The notes: generated from the letters alone by a model not told the origin. Positions 29,425 through 39,077 are shown, counted from the first letter of the stretch. The stretch is DNA of 64,000 bases from Rhodothermales bacterium (GCA_040904565.1 JBBDTI010000013.1:96001-160000); one strand, 5' to 3'. A program made the numbers and translations.

Positions 29425-30463
29425 GTCGGCTCAAGGAGGTGCTTCGGGCACCGATGAAAGCGTCTACGGCTTCGAAAAACGGCTCCGGACTTTCCCACTG
29501 CGGGAGGAGTCCGCCCGAAATCCGTTTGATGGATAGGTGGTCGCCGTTTCGGCGGGCCAGCTCGTCGAGACCGTCGAATTGCTGAACGAGCCCCTCCGAT
29601 ATCTTCGGGACGACGATAAGCGTCGGTACGCGCAGCGATGCGTAGGCCTGCTTGGCGGCACTTCCGCTCGAAAGGAGCCCCTGAACGAAGTAGCGCGGAG
29701 CATGATAGGCACCCTGCACGCCGGTGGTTTTAACGGCGTAGTCGACGATGTTCTCCGGCACGTCGCCGGACCGGAACACCTGCCGCTGGTAGAAACGACG
29801 CAGGACGTCTCTCCGGGTCAGTTTATAGTACAGCATCTCGAAGGCGCCGATCGAGTCCGCGGCGGCGATGGCGGCGCGTTTCCACACCGGCGAAGGCCGA
29901 TCGTTCGAAAGTCCGGTCGGTCCGATAAGCACCATCCGACGCACGAGGTACGGAAACGATCGAGCGATGTGGGCAGCGTACTCACTGGATAGAGAGAGCG
30001 CGATGATGTCGGCGGGCTGGTGCACTTGCTCGCTGAGGAAGCGCCGAAGCTGCCGCTGATAGACGGCCGCGGAATAGCGGACGGGTGGACGCTCCGATCG
30101 ACCGAAGCCGAACCACTCCAGAGCGTAGATCGGACGTTCGGTGTGCGCGGCAAAGTGGTCGTAGATCGGCTTCATCTCATAGGACGATGCAGCGGCGTTG
30201 ACGCTGTGAAGCAACACGAGCGGCGCACCCGTGCCCTCACGCGCGTAGAAGCGCGTACGCCCTTCCATGATTTCCATCGTTTTCAATTCGGCGTCCAGTG
30301 CCGACTCGAGGTCGGACGGCGATGTAAGCTTGAGACGTCTGATGCGGCGAAAGAGGGATCCCGTGACGATCGCACCCAGCGCTACCGATCCGGTAACGAG
30401 GGCCGTTTTGCGCCCCAGGGTGCTGCCGTCGGATGATGCGTCGTGCTCGGCGTCTTCGAACAT
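29411..30463 (-). CDS. alpha/beta fold hydrolase
   Basis: LVLLHSVNAAASSYE, WFGFGRSERP and nucleophile elbow IALSLS; N-terminal TM. Confidence 0.85.
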   Translation of the reverse strand: MFEDAEHDASSDGSTLGRKTALVTGSVALGAIVTGSLFRRIRRLKLTSPSDLESALDAELKTMEIMEGRTRFYAREGTGAPLVLLHSVNAAASSYEMKPIYDHFAAHTERPIYALEWFGFGRSERPPVRYSAAVYQRQLRRFLSEQVHQPADIIALSLSSEYAAHIARSFPYLVRRMVLIGPTGLSNDRPSPVWKRAAIAAADSIGAFEMLYYKLTRRDVLRRFYQRQVFRSGDVPENIVDYAVKTTGVQGAYHAPRYFVQGLLSSGSAAKQAYASLRVPTLIVVPKISEGLVQQFDGLDELARRNGDHLSIKRISGGLLPQWESPEPFFEAVDAFIGARSTSLSRREQT

Positions 30464-30646
30464 AGAGATTAGGGTTGATATCCGGATCGCTTGACGGCAT
30501 TTCGCGTACACTCGACGTGTTTCCTACGTAGCCGGCGAACAATAGATCTTCTTATACTATGTATTTTGAAGTTCGCATCTGATCGAATCTCTTGCGTACA
30601 GCCGCAGCGTGACGATCGGCCGGTTCGCAGCGCCGTGCGGCGAGAT

Positions 30647-30723
30647 CCCCTCGTAGCTCAGTCGGATAGAGCACCGGTTTCCTAAACCGTAGGTCGCAGG
30701 TTCGATTCCTGCCGAGGGGACCA
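30647..30723 (+). tRNA. tRNA-Arg (anticodon CCT)
   Basis: Acceptor stem CCCCTCG/CGAGGGG, discriminator A plus CCA, anticodon loop TTCCTAA, T-loop GGTTCGATTCC. Confidence 0.97.
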
Positions 30724-30933
30724 TCACATCAGCGCCCTGTTTCGGGCGCCGGGCGTAGATAGCAGGCTGCGGAAGATGCCGCCCTGCAACACGTCGGAGG
30801 CGAGTGAATGTCCGCGTACAGCCGCTTCGGGGGTGCGATTTTCTACATATTCTCGTCGCATTGACGTATTCTGTAGGAGATTTCACCGAATCCATCTACA
30901 AAATCATTTGATTATAATCAGCTGAACGGAATT

Positions 30934-31713
30934 ATGAAGCAATTGAGTAATGTGCTGCCGGCGGGCCTGGCGATCCTCCTGGCTTTTGGAATGACATCGA
31001 GCGCCATAGGTCAGATCGGTATAGGCGCTCAGGCTCCTGCCGGCGCGACGGTCCTTTTTGACGGCACGAGGGCGTCTCTCGACGCCAACTGGGAGTACTG
31101 GGAGGGTCCGTGTTTTGCCTCGTCGATGCCGATCAAGTGGAACGTCGTCCCGAACCATTTCGATGGTGGGGGCACGGCCCTGTCTACGAAGGATCCCTAC
31201 TCGGACACGTACGGACAGGCCGACATCGTCACCAAGATGAATCCGCGTGACTTTCGCCTGCACGTCGAATTTCTCGTTCCGCGTTCCAGCGGCAACAGCG
31301 GCGTATATCTGGACAATCGCTACGAGATTCAGGTCGTAGAAGGTGAAGAAGGCGAGCACGGGATGGCCGCCGTGATCAATGAAAAGGCGGCACCCTACGA
31401 GCTGTTCAACGGCCTTCAGAAATGGAACGCCTACGACATCCAGTTTCGCGGTGCGCGCTTCGACTCGGACGGGAATCGGACGGAGCGGGCCATGGTCACG
31501 ATGTACTTCAACGGCGAGAAAGTGCATCAGAACGTTCCCATCAACTTCGTCTCGGGAGGCGCGTGCTCAGGACTTGACGGAGCGAATGACGGCGGCAATC
31601 GCATTACGCCCGGGCCCGGAGGCGTGAAGCTCCAGGCCGAAGGCCACGACGTCCGCTACCGCAACATCTGGATGCAGCCGATGCACTTTGAGGAGGCGAA
31701 TACGAACTTCTAG
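30934..31713 (+). CDS. secreted DUF1080 protein (3-keto-disaccharide hydrolase-like)
   Basis: Signal peptide, VLFDG, DFRLHVEF, GNSGVYL..RYEIQ and LQAEGHDVRYRNIW. Confidence 0.88.
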   Translation: MKQLSNVLPAGLAILLAFGMTSSAIGQIGIGAQAPAGATVLFDGTRASLDANWEYWEGPCFASSMPIKWNVVPNHFDGGGTALSTKDPYSDTYGQADIVTKMNPRDFRLHVEFLVPRSSGNSGVYLDNRYEIQVVEGEEGEHGMAAVINEKAAPYELFNGLQKWNAYDIQFRGARFDSDGNRTERAMVTMYFNGEKVHQNVPINFVSGGACSGLDGANDGGNRITPGPGGVKLQAEGHDVRYRNIWMQPMHFEEANTNF

Positions 31714-31927
31714 GTCGAGCGACGTGTAGCTCAATTCTCGTATGTTATTCGGTGCGCCCGGATCGCTCTGCGCGGCAGTACGCTGCCGCAGGGGGATGCG
31801 GGCGCAACGTGTTTTGTGCCGCTTCGTTTAGAGATCGGATCGTTTTACGTCGTAACGGAGGTCCTCGACGGCCTCACGCTCCCATTGCGTCCACGCTCCC
31901 ATCATGGAAGAGATGCAATCCAAAGAG

Positions 31928-32494
31928 ATGGATGAGCCACAGCGTACGTTTCTTGCGCTCGGCTCGAACGTGGGGGAGCGGATCGAGCATCTGCGATATG
32001 CCGTAGCGCAACTTCGGTCGCACGGATCCCTGCGGGTTACCTCGACGTCGCCCGTTTATGAGACGACCGCGCATATGCTGCGCCCCGACCAGCAGGCGCG
32101 ACCCTATCTTAACGCCGTGCTGGAGGTTCAGTCACGCCTCCGGGCATCGACTCTTCTAGCCTTCGCGCTCGATATCGAGCGCGAGCGAGGCCGTGACCGG
32201 TCAGGTGGACATCGATGGGCGGCTCGAACGCTGGATATCGATCTGCTGCTCTTCGGAGAGGAGTCCATTCACGAGCCCGATCTGACGGTTCCACATCCGC
32301 GCATGGCGAGTCGCCGGTTCGTTCTCGTTCCCCTGGCAGATATTGCAGAAGAAGTCTACGTCCCAGCTCCGTTCGAGACAACGGTACGAGCGTTGCTCGC
32401 TTGGTGCGAGGACGCGGGGAACGTTCGGCGAACGTCGTATACGCTCGACGATGCAGGTGCTGCCTCAGGAAAGAACGGATCGATGGCGCGCTGA
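31928..32494 (+). CDS. folK: 2-amino-4-hydroxy-6-hydroxymethyldihydropteridine diphosphokinase
   Basis: LALGSNVG, SPVYET, YLNAV, RTLDIDLL and VPHPRM..RRFVL; start at 31904 or 31928. Confidence 0.95.
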   Translation: MDEPQRTFLALGSNVGERIEHLRYAVAQLRSHGSLRVTSTSPVYETTAHMLRPDQQARPYLNAVLEVQSRLRASTLLAFALDIERERGRDRSGGHRWAARTLDIDLLLFGEESIHEPDLTVPHPRMASRRFVLVPLADIAEEVYVPAPFETTVRALLAWCEDAGNVRRTSYTLDDAGAASGKNGSMAR

Positions 32495-32613
32495 CGATAT
32501 CGTGAACCTGGGGGACGTCGACTTCGTTAAGAACTCGGACGCCGTGACTGAGATGATCCGCTAGATAGGGTCTTCCCGGTATGTCGGCGTTACATGGTAC
32601 CGGGCCGACCGCC

Positions 32614-32639
32614 TGGATCTGTTGGATGGATCTGTTGGA
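32614..32639. repeat. perfect 13-bp tandem repeat x2 (TGGATCTGTTGGA)
   Basis: Copies at 32614-32626 and 32627-32639. Confidence 0.85.
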
Positions 32640-32699
32640 CTAATAAGCCGCTGCACCCGGCCGCGGTTCTCGATGCAGCGGGGATGCACGATACACGCT

Positions 32700-32897
32700 A
32701 TGCTTCTGAAGCTTCTTTTTGTCGCGATCGTTCTATACTACGTCGTCAAGACCTTTCGATCCCTCATTCGGGCGATTTCGAGCGATGGAGAACCGTCCAA
32801 ACTACGGAACGATCGCGATCCTCGGGCAGGTCGACGGGGGGCGGCCCGTTCAGAGGCGTACGACGACGTGGAAGATGCGAAGTACGTGGATATCTGA
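32700..32897 (+). CDS. small single-TM protein (DUF4834-like)
   Basis: MLLKLLFVAIVLYYVVK...DVEDAKYVDI, an FCB-type small membrane protein pattern. Confidence 0.7.
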   Translation: MLLKLLFVAIVLYYVVKTFRSLIRAISSDGEPSKLRNDRDPRAGRRGAARSEAYDDVEDAKYVDI

Positions 32898-32948
32898 GGA
32901 GTTGACGTCGTGACCGGCCCTGTGGACGTTGGAGTCTTTAGAAGGCGT

Positions 32949-33641
32949 CTAGGTGTCGAGACCGAACGTGAAAGTCAGTTCCGTATGCGCCGCCACGGGC
33001 TCGCCGTTCTTGCGCGCGGGGCGAAACATCCATCGTCCGGCAGCAGATAGCGCCGCTTCTTCGAGTCCGTATCCGAGAACTTCGACGGGCGTCCTTGACG
33101 TCCCATCGCCATCGAGCAGGAAGCGCTCGACGATGGTCGATTCTTCCACGCGTCCGTGTTCATCCACAAGCACGCGAATGACGAGCTCGGCTCGAATGCG
33201 CCGCCGGCGGGCTTCTCGCGTGTATTCCGGCTCTACAAAACGCACGGTTCTCGGCCCGATGGTCGGTCCGGCTGAAGCAGTCGGAGCGGCACCTTCGCTC
33301 CCTTCCGTCTCCGTGGCGTCCTCCCCGGTATCTTCCGTGGGCAGCAGTCCGTCCGAAAAATCCAGATCGCCCTCATCCAGCGTCGCGTCGTCGGGGACCA
33401 GGACCGGTATCGGAGGCGGGGGAGGAGGCGGTGCTGTTTCCGATTGCCGCGTGGGTTGAATCTCCTCGATACGGATGGCTTCGGATTCCGACCCCTCATA
33501 GACGGGCCGATCGGTGGAGGCGTCGTCCACTACCGGATAAAACTTAACGGCCGTCACGGCAAGCAGGAGCGCGACCACCGTAGACGCCAGGAGGCGTATT
33601 CGGTATCCGGACGTGCTATGGTGTGACCGTGAAAGCTGCAT
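32949..33641 (-). CDS. energy transducer TonB family protein
   Basis: N-terminal TM, Pro-run linker, PEYTREARRRRI...VLVDEHGRV and WMFRPARKNGEPV. Confidence 0.88.
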   Translation of the reverse strand: MQLSRSHHSTSGYRIRLLASTVVALLLAVTAVKFYPVVDDASTDRPVYEGSESEAIRIEEIQPTRQSETAPPPPPPPIPVLVPDDATLDEGDLDFSDGLLPTEDTGEDATETEGSEGAAPTASAGPTIGPRTVRFVEPEYTREARRRRIRAELVIRVLVDEHGRVEESTIVERFLLDGDGTSRTPVEVLGYGLEEAALSAAGRWMFRPARKNGEPVAAHTELTFTFGLDT

Positions 33642-33968
33642 CGCATCCCAGGTGAGTACATGCCGTAATTTCAACACGCGTCGCTTTCGGCGGTTCGGTA
33701 TTTCGCAGCCGGCCTATCATGTCTGCATTCCCTACGAGGGCTCGGGCGGCACGCCTCGCAATCAAAATAGACGTGAAGATCGTTGAGGCTCGCGCTATCA
33801 TTTCGTATTTTCGGAACCGATCGATCGCGATCAGGTAACGTCATCGGCTTGCAAAAAGTGCAGCAGCCTTTAAAGCTCGCTATACATTTTTCAGCAAAGA
33901 GACCTTGCAGCATCCGGGTTTTTCGGAAAACACGCGTACAGCAGCGGTCGGGCCGGCGCCCGAACCTG

Positions 33969-33999
33969 AGCCTCCCAGTTTTCGGGGAGGCTTTTTTTA
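33969..33999 (+). terminator. intrinsic terminator inside the carA 5' leader (attenuator candidate)
   Basis: AGCCTCCC-AGTTTTCG-GGGAGGCT followed by a T-run, about 40 nt before the carA ATG, with no upstream + strand gene to terminate. Confidence 0.8.
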
Positions 34000-34040
34000 T
34001 ATCCGTACATTTGAGAGTCATCCATTAGCGCCGAGACCGA

Positions 34041-35183
34041 ATGACGACGAATAATTCCCCCAAGAACACAAGTCCGTGCAAGCTCGCTCTTGTCGACGGC
34101 ATCGTTGTGAGCGGCTACAGCATCGGATACAAAGGAGAGACGGGCGGCGAGCTCTGCTTTAATACGAGCATGACCGGCTATCAGGAAATCATGACGGACC
34201 CGTCGTACCACGGGCAGATCATGATGATGACCTACCCCCACATCGGCAACTATGGGGCCATGGACATCGACATGGAGGCGAAGCGCCCCATGATCGCCGG
34301 ATTTGTCGTACGCCAGTTTACGGATCGCTATTCCAACCAGCTCGCCGACGAATCGCTTGATAGCTTCATGCGACGGAACAAGCTGGTCGGCATCACCGGA
34401 GTCGATACCCGGCGCCTCGTTCGGCACATCCGCTCGAAAGGCGTGATGAACGCCGTGGTGTCGGCCGTGGATCTGGATGACGCGAGTTTGATAGAAAAGG
34501 CCCGGAAGTGGCCCTCCATGGAGGGCCTCGAGCTGGCCTCGCGCGTCACGTCCGACGCGACGACCGAATACTGTGTCGGGGACGGCGCGCGCATCGCCGT
34601 ATACGATTACGGCGTGAAGCTGAACATTCTACGGACGTTCGAGGAGCGTGACTGCTCCGTGCGCATTTTTCCGGCTTCGACACCCCTCGAAACCGTGCTT
34701 GAATGGGATCCGGACGGTCTCTTTTTCTCCAACGGACCCGGCGATCCTCGTGCCATGCCCGCGTCCGTGGAGACGGCGCGCGCGGCCCTCGATACGGGTA
34801 TTCCGCTGTTCGGCATTTGCCTCGGACACCAGCTCATGTCTCTGGCGGCGGGATTCGAGGTCTATAAGATGTTCGTCGGGCACCGGGGCGCGAATCATCC
34901 CGTCAAGAACCTCCAGACGGGTCACGTCGAAGTGACGACCCAGAATCACGGGTTCGCCGTCAAAGAGGAGTCCGTCTCTTCCGAGGATGCCGAGGTGACG
35001 CATATGAACCTGAACGACCGGACCGTGGAGGGACTTCGCTTCAGAAAGTACGCCGCCTTCTCCGTACAGTATCATCCGGAAGCTTCTCCGGGTCCGCACG
35101 ACAGCCGCTACCTCTTCGATACATTCCTGAAGGATATCGAGGAGCATCGAGGTGTACCGGTGCGTCGCAAAGCGACGGCGTGA
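34041..35183 (+). CDS. carA: carbamoyl-phosphate synthase small subunit
   Basis: FNTSMTGYQE, SNGPGDP, GICLGHQ and QYHPE. Confidence 0.98.
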   Translation: MTTNNSPKNTSPCKLALVDGIVVSGYSIGYKGETGGELCFNTSMTGYQEIMTDPSYHGQIMMMTYPHIGNYGAMDIDMEAKRPMIAGFVVRQFTDRYSNQLADESLDSFMRRNKLVGITGVDTRRLVRHIRSKGVMNAVVSAVDLDDASLIEKARKWPSMEGLELASRVTSDATTEYCVGDGARIAVYDYGVKLNILRTFEERDCSVRIFPASTPLETVLEWDPDGLFFSNGPGDPRAMPASVETARAALDTGIPLFGICLGHQLMSLAAGFEVYKMFVGHRGANHPVKNLQTGHVEVTTQNHGFAVKEESVSSEDAEVTHMNLNDRTVEGLRFRKYAAFSVQYHPEASPGPHDSRYLFDTFLKDIEEHRGVPVRRKATA

Positions 35184-35275
35184 AAATGCCGTTTGAAACG
35201 GTCCCGAGGCCCTTTATCGGGTTCGATCAAGACCTAATCGCCCCTGTATTACGATTCCCTGCATCACGATAGAGT

Positions 35276-38104
35276 ATGCCCAAGCGCGAAGATATTCATA
35301 AGATTCTGCTGATCGGAAGTGGTCCGATCGTCATCGGTCAGGCCTGCGAGTTCGATTATTCGGGCAGCCAGGCTTCCCGTGCTCTGCGGGACGAAGGCTA
35401 CGAGATCATACTCGTCAATTCGAATCCGGCCACGATTATGACCGATCCGCTTACGGCGGATAAGATCTATCTGATGGATCTTACGCCCGAATCGATCAGG
35501 GAGATCGTCGAGAAGGAAGACCCGGACGCCGTCCTGCCGACGATGGGCGGACAGACGGCGCTGAATCTGGCCAAGGAGATGCAGGACGAGGGCTACTGGG
35601 TGGATCGAGGTATCGAAGTCATCGGCGTGGATATCGACGCCATCCAGATCACGGAAGACCGTCAGGCGTTTCGAGACTTGATGGAACGGATCGGCCTCGA
35701 CCAGGGGAGAAGTCGCGTCGCGAAGAGTCTGCTGGAAGCAAAGGAGATCACCCAGGAGTTGGGCGGGCTGCCCGTGGTCATCCGTCCGTCGTATACGCTG
35801 GGCGGATCCGGCGGCGGAATCGTCTGGTCGCAGGACGAGTTCGACAAGAAGGTCACGCGCGGCCTCGAGCTTTCGCCCGTCCACGAGGTGCTCATGGAAG
35901 AGTGCCTTTTCGGATGGAAGGAATATGAGCTGGAGCTGCTGCGTGACAAGAACGACAACGTCATCATCATCTGTTCGATCGAGAACGTCGATCCGATGGG
36001 TGTGCATACGGGAGATTCCGTCACCGTCGCCCCGGTGCAGACGCTGACCGACAAGCAGTATCAGAGAATGCGGGATGCGGCCATTAAGGCGATGCGGTCG
36101 ATCGGCAGCTTTTCAGGCGGCTGCAACATCCAGTTTGCTTTCGACCCGGCCACGGGTCGCATGATCGTCATCGAGATCAACCCTCGCGTCTCTCGTTCGT
36201 CGGCCCTCGCGTCCAAGGCGACGGGGTATCCGATCGCGAAGGTCGCCGCCCGGCTTGCCGTCGGCTTTACGCTCGACGAGCTGCCGAACGAAATTACCGG
36301 GACGACGAGCGCCTGCTTCGAGCCGGCGATCGATTACGTGGTAACGAAGATCCCGAGGTTCAATTTCGACAAGTTCGAAGGCGTCGATGAGGAGTTGACG
36401 ACGCAGATGAAAGCCGTAGGTGAAGTGATGGCTATCGGCCGGACCTTCCCTGAGAGCCTTCAGAAAGCCTGGCAGAGTCTGGAAATCGGCTATCACGGCC
36501 TGGGCGCGGACAGGGAAGAGGTGTCCCGCGAAGAGGTGCGGGATCGTCTCAAGAAACCGTACTGGGACCGTACGCTGCAGATTCGGAATGCGTTCAAGCT
36601 GGGTGCGTCGGTAGAGGAAGTGGCGGATGTGTCCAAATTCGATCCGTGGTTCCTCTACCAGATTCAGGATATCGTGCGACTGGAGGGTGAGCTCAAGGAC
36701 CTGACGATTGAGGACGTCGACCGTACGTTGATGCTGCGGGTCAAGCAGTACGGTTTCTCCGACGTGCAGATCGCGTACCTGCTGGAGGGCGACTATACGG
36801 AAATGCAGGTGCGCGACTATCGTAAATCACTGGGTCTCACGCCGTCGTATCGCGTCGTCGATACGTGCGCGGGTGAGTTCCCCGCGGAGACGCCCTATTA
36901 TTATTCTACGTACGAGTCGGAGAATGAGAGTGAGGTCACGGATCGAGAGAAAGTGATCATTCTGGGCAGCGGTCCGAACCGGATCGGGCAGGGGATCGAA
37001 TTTGATTATTCCTGTGTGCACGGCGTGAACGCGACGCGCGAGATGGGGTACGAAGCCATCATGATCAATTGCAACCCGGAGACCGTGTCGACTGACTTTG
37101 ACGTGGCTGACAAGCTGTACTTCGAGCCGGTCTACTGGGAGCGCGTACTCGACATTATCGAACACGAGGGAGCGGACGGCGTGATCGTCCAGCTAGGCGG
37201 ACAGACGGCCCTAAAGATCGCCGAAGATCTGAACGAACACGGTATCAAGATCTTCGGGACGTCCTATGAGATGATGGACATGGCCGAGAGCCGCGGGAAG
37301 TTTTCCGAGATCTTGAAGGAATTGGAGATACCCTATCCACCGTACGGTATGGCCACGACCGTTCGAGAAGCGGTCGAGACGGCAGACGGGATTGGTTACC
37401 CAACGCTGATTCGTCCCAGCTACGTGCTGGGCGGGCAGGGTATGCGCATCGCCATCAACAGCGAGGAAGTCGAGCGCTATACGAAGAAGATCTGGAAGCT
37501 CTTCCCGGACAATAACGTACTGCTCGACCGCTTTCTGGAAAATGCCATCGAAATGGATGTTGATGCCATTCGCGATGGTGAGGAGACCTGGATCGCTGGC
37601 CTCATGCAGCATATCGAGCCGGCCGGCGTTCACAGCGGCGATTCTACGGCCGTGCTGCCGCCCTATTCGTTGTCGGACGCGATCCTCACGACGGTCTCGA
37701 CGTACGTCCGCGAACTGGGCGACCGGCTCGAAATCATCGGTCTGATGAACGTGCAGCTCGCCATCAAGGATGGGATCGTCTACTGCATCGAGGTCAATCC
37801 CCGCGCGTCACGCACCGTGCCGTTTGTCGCCAAGGCGACAGGAATACCCGTCTCCAATATCGCCACCAAGGTGATGCTGGGTAGGAAGCTGAAGGAATTC
37901 AGAGAAGCCGGCGATCTGGAGTCGAAGCTCGTAGGCTTTGCCATCAAAGAGCCCGTGTTTTCGTGGGACAAGTTCCCCGAGGTGCCCAAGGAGCTCGGCC
38001 CCGAAATGCGATCCACCGGAGAATCGATCGCCTTCGTCGATACCCTGACCGACAAACACTTCAAGCGCCCCTATGAAATGAGGAATTTATACCTCTCGAA
38101 GTAA
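35276..38104 (+). CDS. carB: carbamoyl-phosphate synthase large subunit (942 aa, no C-terminal MGS domain)
   Basis: IGSGPIVIGQACEFDYSG, two ATP-grasp halves; ends shortly after LGPEMRSTGE. Confidence 0.98.
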   Translation: MPKREDIHKILLIGSGPIVIGQACEFDYSGSQASRALRDEGYEIILVNSNPATIMTDPLTADKIYLMDLTPESIREIVEKEDPDAVLPTMGGQTALNLAKEMQDEGYWVDRGIEVIGVDIDAIQITEDRQAFRDLMERIGLDQGRSRVAKSLLEAKEITQELGGLPVVIRPSYTLGGSGGGIVWSQDEFDKKVTRGLELSPVHEVLMEECLFGWKEYELELLRDKNDNVIIICSIENVDPMGVHTGDSVTVAPVQTLTDKQYQRMRDAAIKAMRSIGSFSGGCNIQFAFDPATGRMIVIEINPRVSRSSALASKATGYPIAKVAARLAVGFTLDELPNEITGTTSACFEPAIDYVVTKIPRFNFDKFEGVDEELTTQMKAVGEVMAIGRTFPESLQKAWQSLEIGYHGLGADREEVSREEVRDRLKKPYWDRTLQIRNAFKLGASVEEVADVSKFDPWFLYQIQDIVRLEGELKDLTIEDVDRTLMLRVKQYGFSDVQIAYLLEGDYTEMQVRDYRKSLGLTPSYRVVDTCAGEFPAETPYYYSTYESENESEVTDREKVIILGSGPNRIGQGIEFDYSCVHGVNATREMGYEAIMINCNPETVSTDFDVADKLYFEPVYWERVLDIIEHEGADGVIVQLGGQTALKIAEDLNEHGIKIFGTSYEMMDMAESRGKFSEILKELEIPYPPYGMATTVREAVETADGIGYPTLIRPSYVLGGQGMRIAINSEEVERYTKKIWKLFPDNNVLLDRFLENAIEMDVDAIRDGEETWIAGLMQHIEPAGVHSGDSTAVLPPYSLSDAILTTVSTYVRELGDRLEIIGLMNVQLAIKDGIVYCIEVNPRASRTVPFVAKATGIPVSNIATKVMLGRKLKEFREAGDLESKLVGFAIKEPVFSWDKFPEVPKELGPEMRSTGESIAFVDTLTDKHFKRPYEMRNLYLSK

Positions 38105-38232
38105 GCGGGGCGCCGCAGACGAATTCGAGGAGCTCGCGCAGCGAGCGGAGCACATGAGGAATTTATACCTCTCGAAGTAAGCGAGGCGCCGCAGACGAAT
38201 TCGAGGAGCTCGCGCAGCGAGCGGAGCACATG
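38078..38232. repeat. 76-bp tandem duplication of the carB 3' end
   Basis: Copies at 38078-38153 and 38154-38229, one mismatch (38108 G vs 38184 A), ATG at each junction. Confidence 0.95.
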
Positions 38233-38234
38233 CG

Positions 38235-39077
38235 TTACGCCGTGACGGATCCGGCATAGCCGGAAGCCACGTCGCGGATCAGCACGCCCAGCTTCGGATG
38301 CTCCGGCTCGAGGTCAGGCTCGATGCCGTGTTCACGGAGGCCCTCGGAGCAGACCGGCCCGATCGATCCGACGAACGCACGATCGTTAAGGGCCTGGCGG
38401 AGTGCGTCGGAAACGCCGTCCTCCTCGGCCATCTGCATCAGATGGTCGACCTGTGTACGACTTGTAAATAGGGCGATCTGTGCGGTCCCGTCGATGATAA
38501 CGCGCATTCCTCGGCGCAGCGGGCCCAGATCGTCGGGAAGCGCCCATCGATAGATGGATACCTGCTCGACGGCGGCACCGCGATCCTCGAGACCCCGTAC
38601 GAGTTCCTCGTTCTGTGTGCCGTATTCCTGAATGGCGAACTGTTTGCCCCGCAGCGGCTGAAGCTGCTCTGCGGTGTCGACAAGTTCGAGCAGCTCACGC
38701 CATGTGTTCGGTTCGGGTACCTCCAGATCAGCCCGAAGGCCCATCTCACGCAGGGCGCGGACGGGCTTCGGGCCGCGGGCGAGGAGGACGATGCTGTCGA
38801 GCCGATCGACGATCGTTTCCCGCGGATGACGGGTCGCCAGCGTATCGACGAGCATCCGCGTGCCGACGCCCGTGAGCAGGACGAGTACCTCCACCTTTTC
38901 GCGAAAGAGGCGCTCTCCAAACTTGAAGACGTCGTCGTGACGATCGAGCGGCACCTCCTGCATCGACGGGGCGGAGATGCTCGTGCCGCCGCGCTTTTCG
39001 ATCAGGCGCGACGTCTCGTCCGCCATTCGGCTTTCGAACGATACGACGGTCACACCTTCCAGGGGGAGATGGGTCAT
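38235..39077 (-). CDS. hemD: uroporphyrinogen-III synthase (HemD) family protein
   Basis: FESRMA, LTGVG, ARGPKP, YRWALP, FTS..QV and SIGPVCSE. Confidence 0.85.
   Translation of the reverse strand: MTHLPLEGVTVVSFESRMADETSRLIEKRGGTSISAPSMQEVPLDRHDDVFKFGERLFREKVEVLVLLTGVGTRMLVDTLATRHPRETIVDRLDSIVLLARGPKPVRALREMGLRADLEVPEPNTWRELLELVDTAEQLQPLRGKQFAIQEYGTQNEELVRGLEDRGAAVEQVSIYRWALPDDLGPLRRGMRVIIDGTAQIALFTSRTQVDHLMQMAEEDGVSDALRQALNDRAFVGSIGPVCSEGLREHGIEPDLEPEHPKLGVLIRDVASGYAGSVTA

Noticed and set aside
31726-31796. Degenerate tRNA-Arg copy / attR marking the DUF1080 gene as an island (GTAGCTCA ... CTGCCGCAGGGGGA at tRNA-like spacing)
   Set aside because: The middle does not align, the 3' match is explained by a local hairpin (CGGCAG-TACG-CTGCCG), and there is no integrase.
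33783-34028. Arg-rich 81-aa ORF as a carA leader peptide
   Set aside because: Weak start, begins upstream of the likely promoter zone and runs through the terminator, so it does not fit classical leader geometry.
38078-38232. CRISPR repeat-spacer unit
   Set aside because: The whole 76 bp is duplicated, with no unique spacer.
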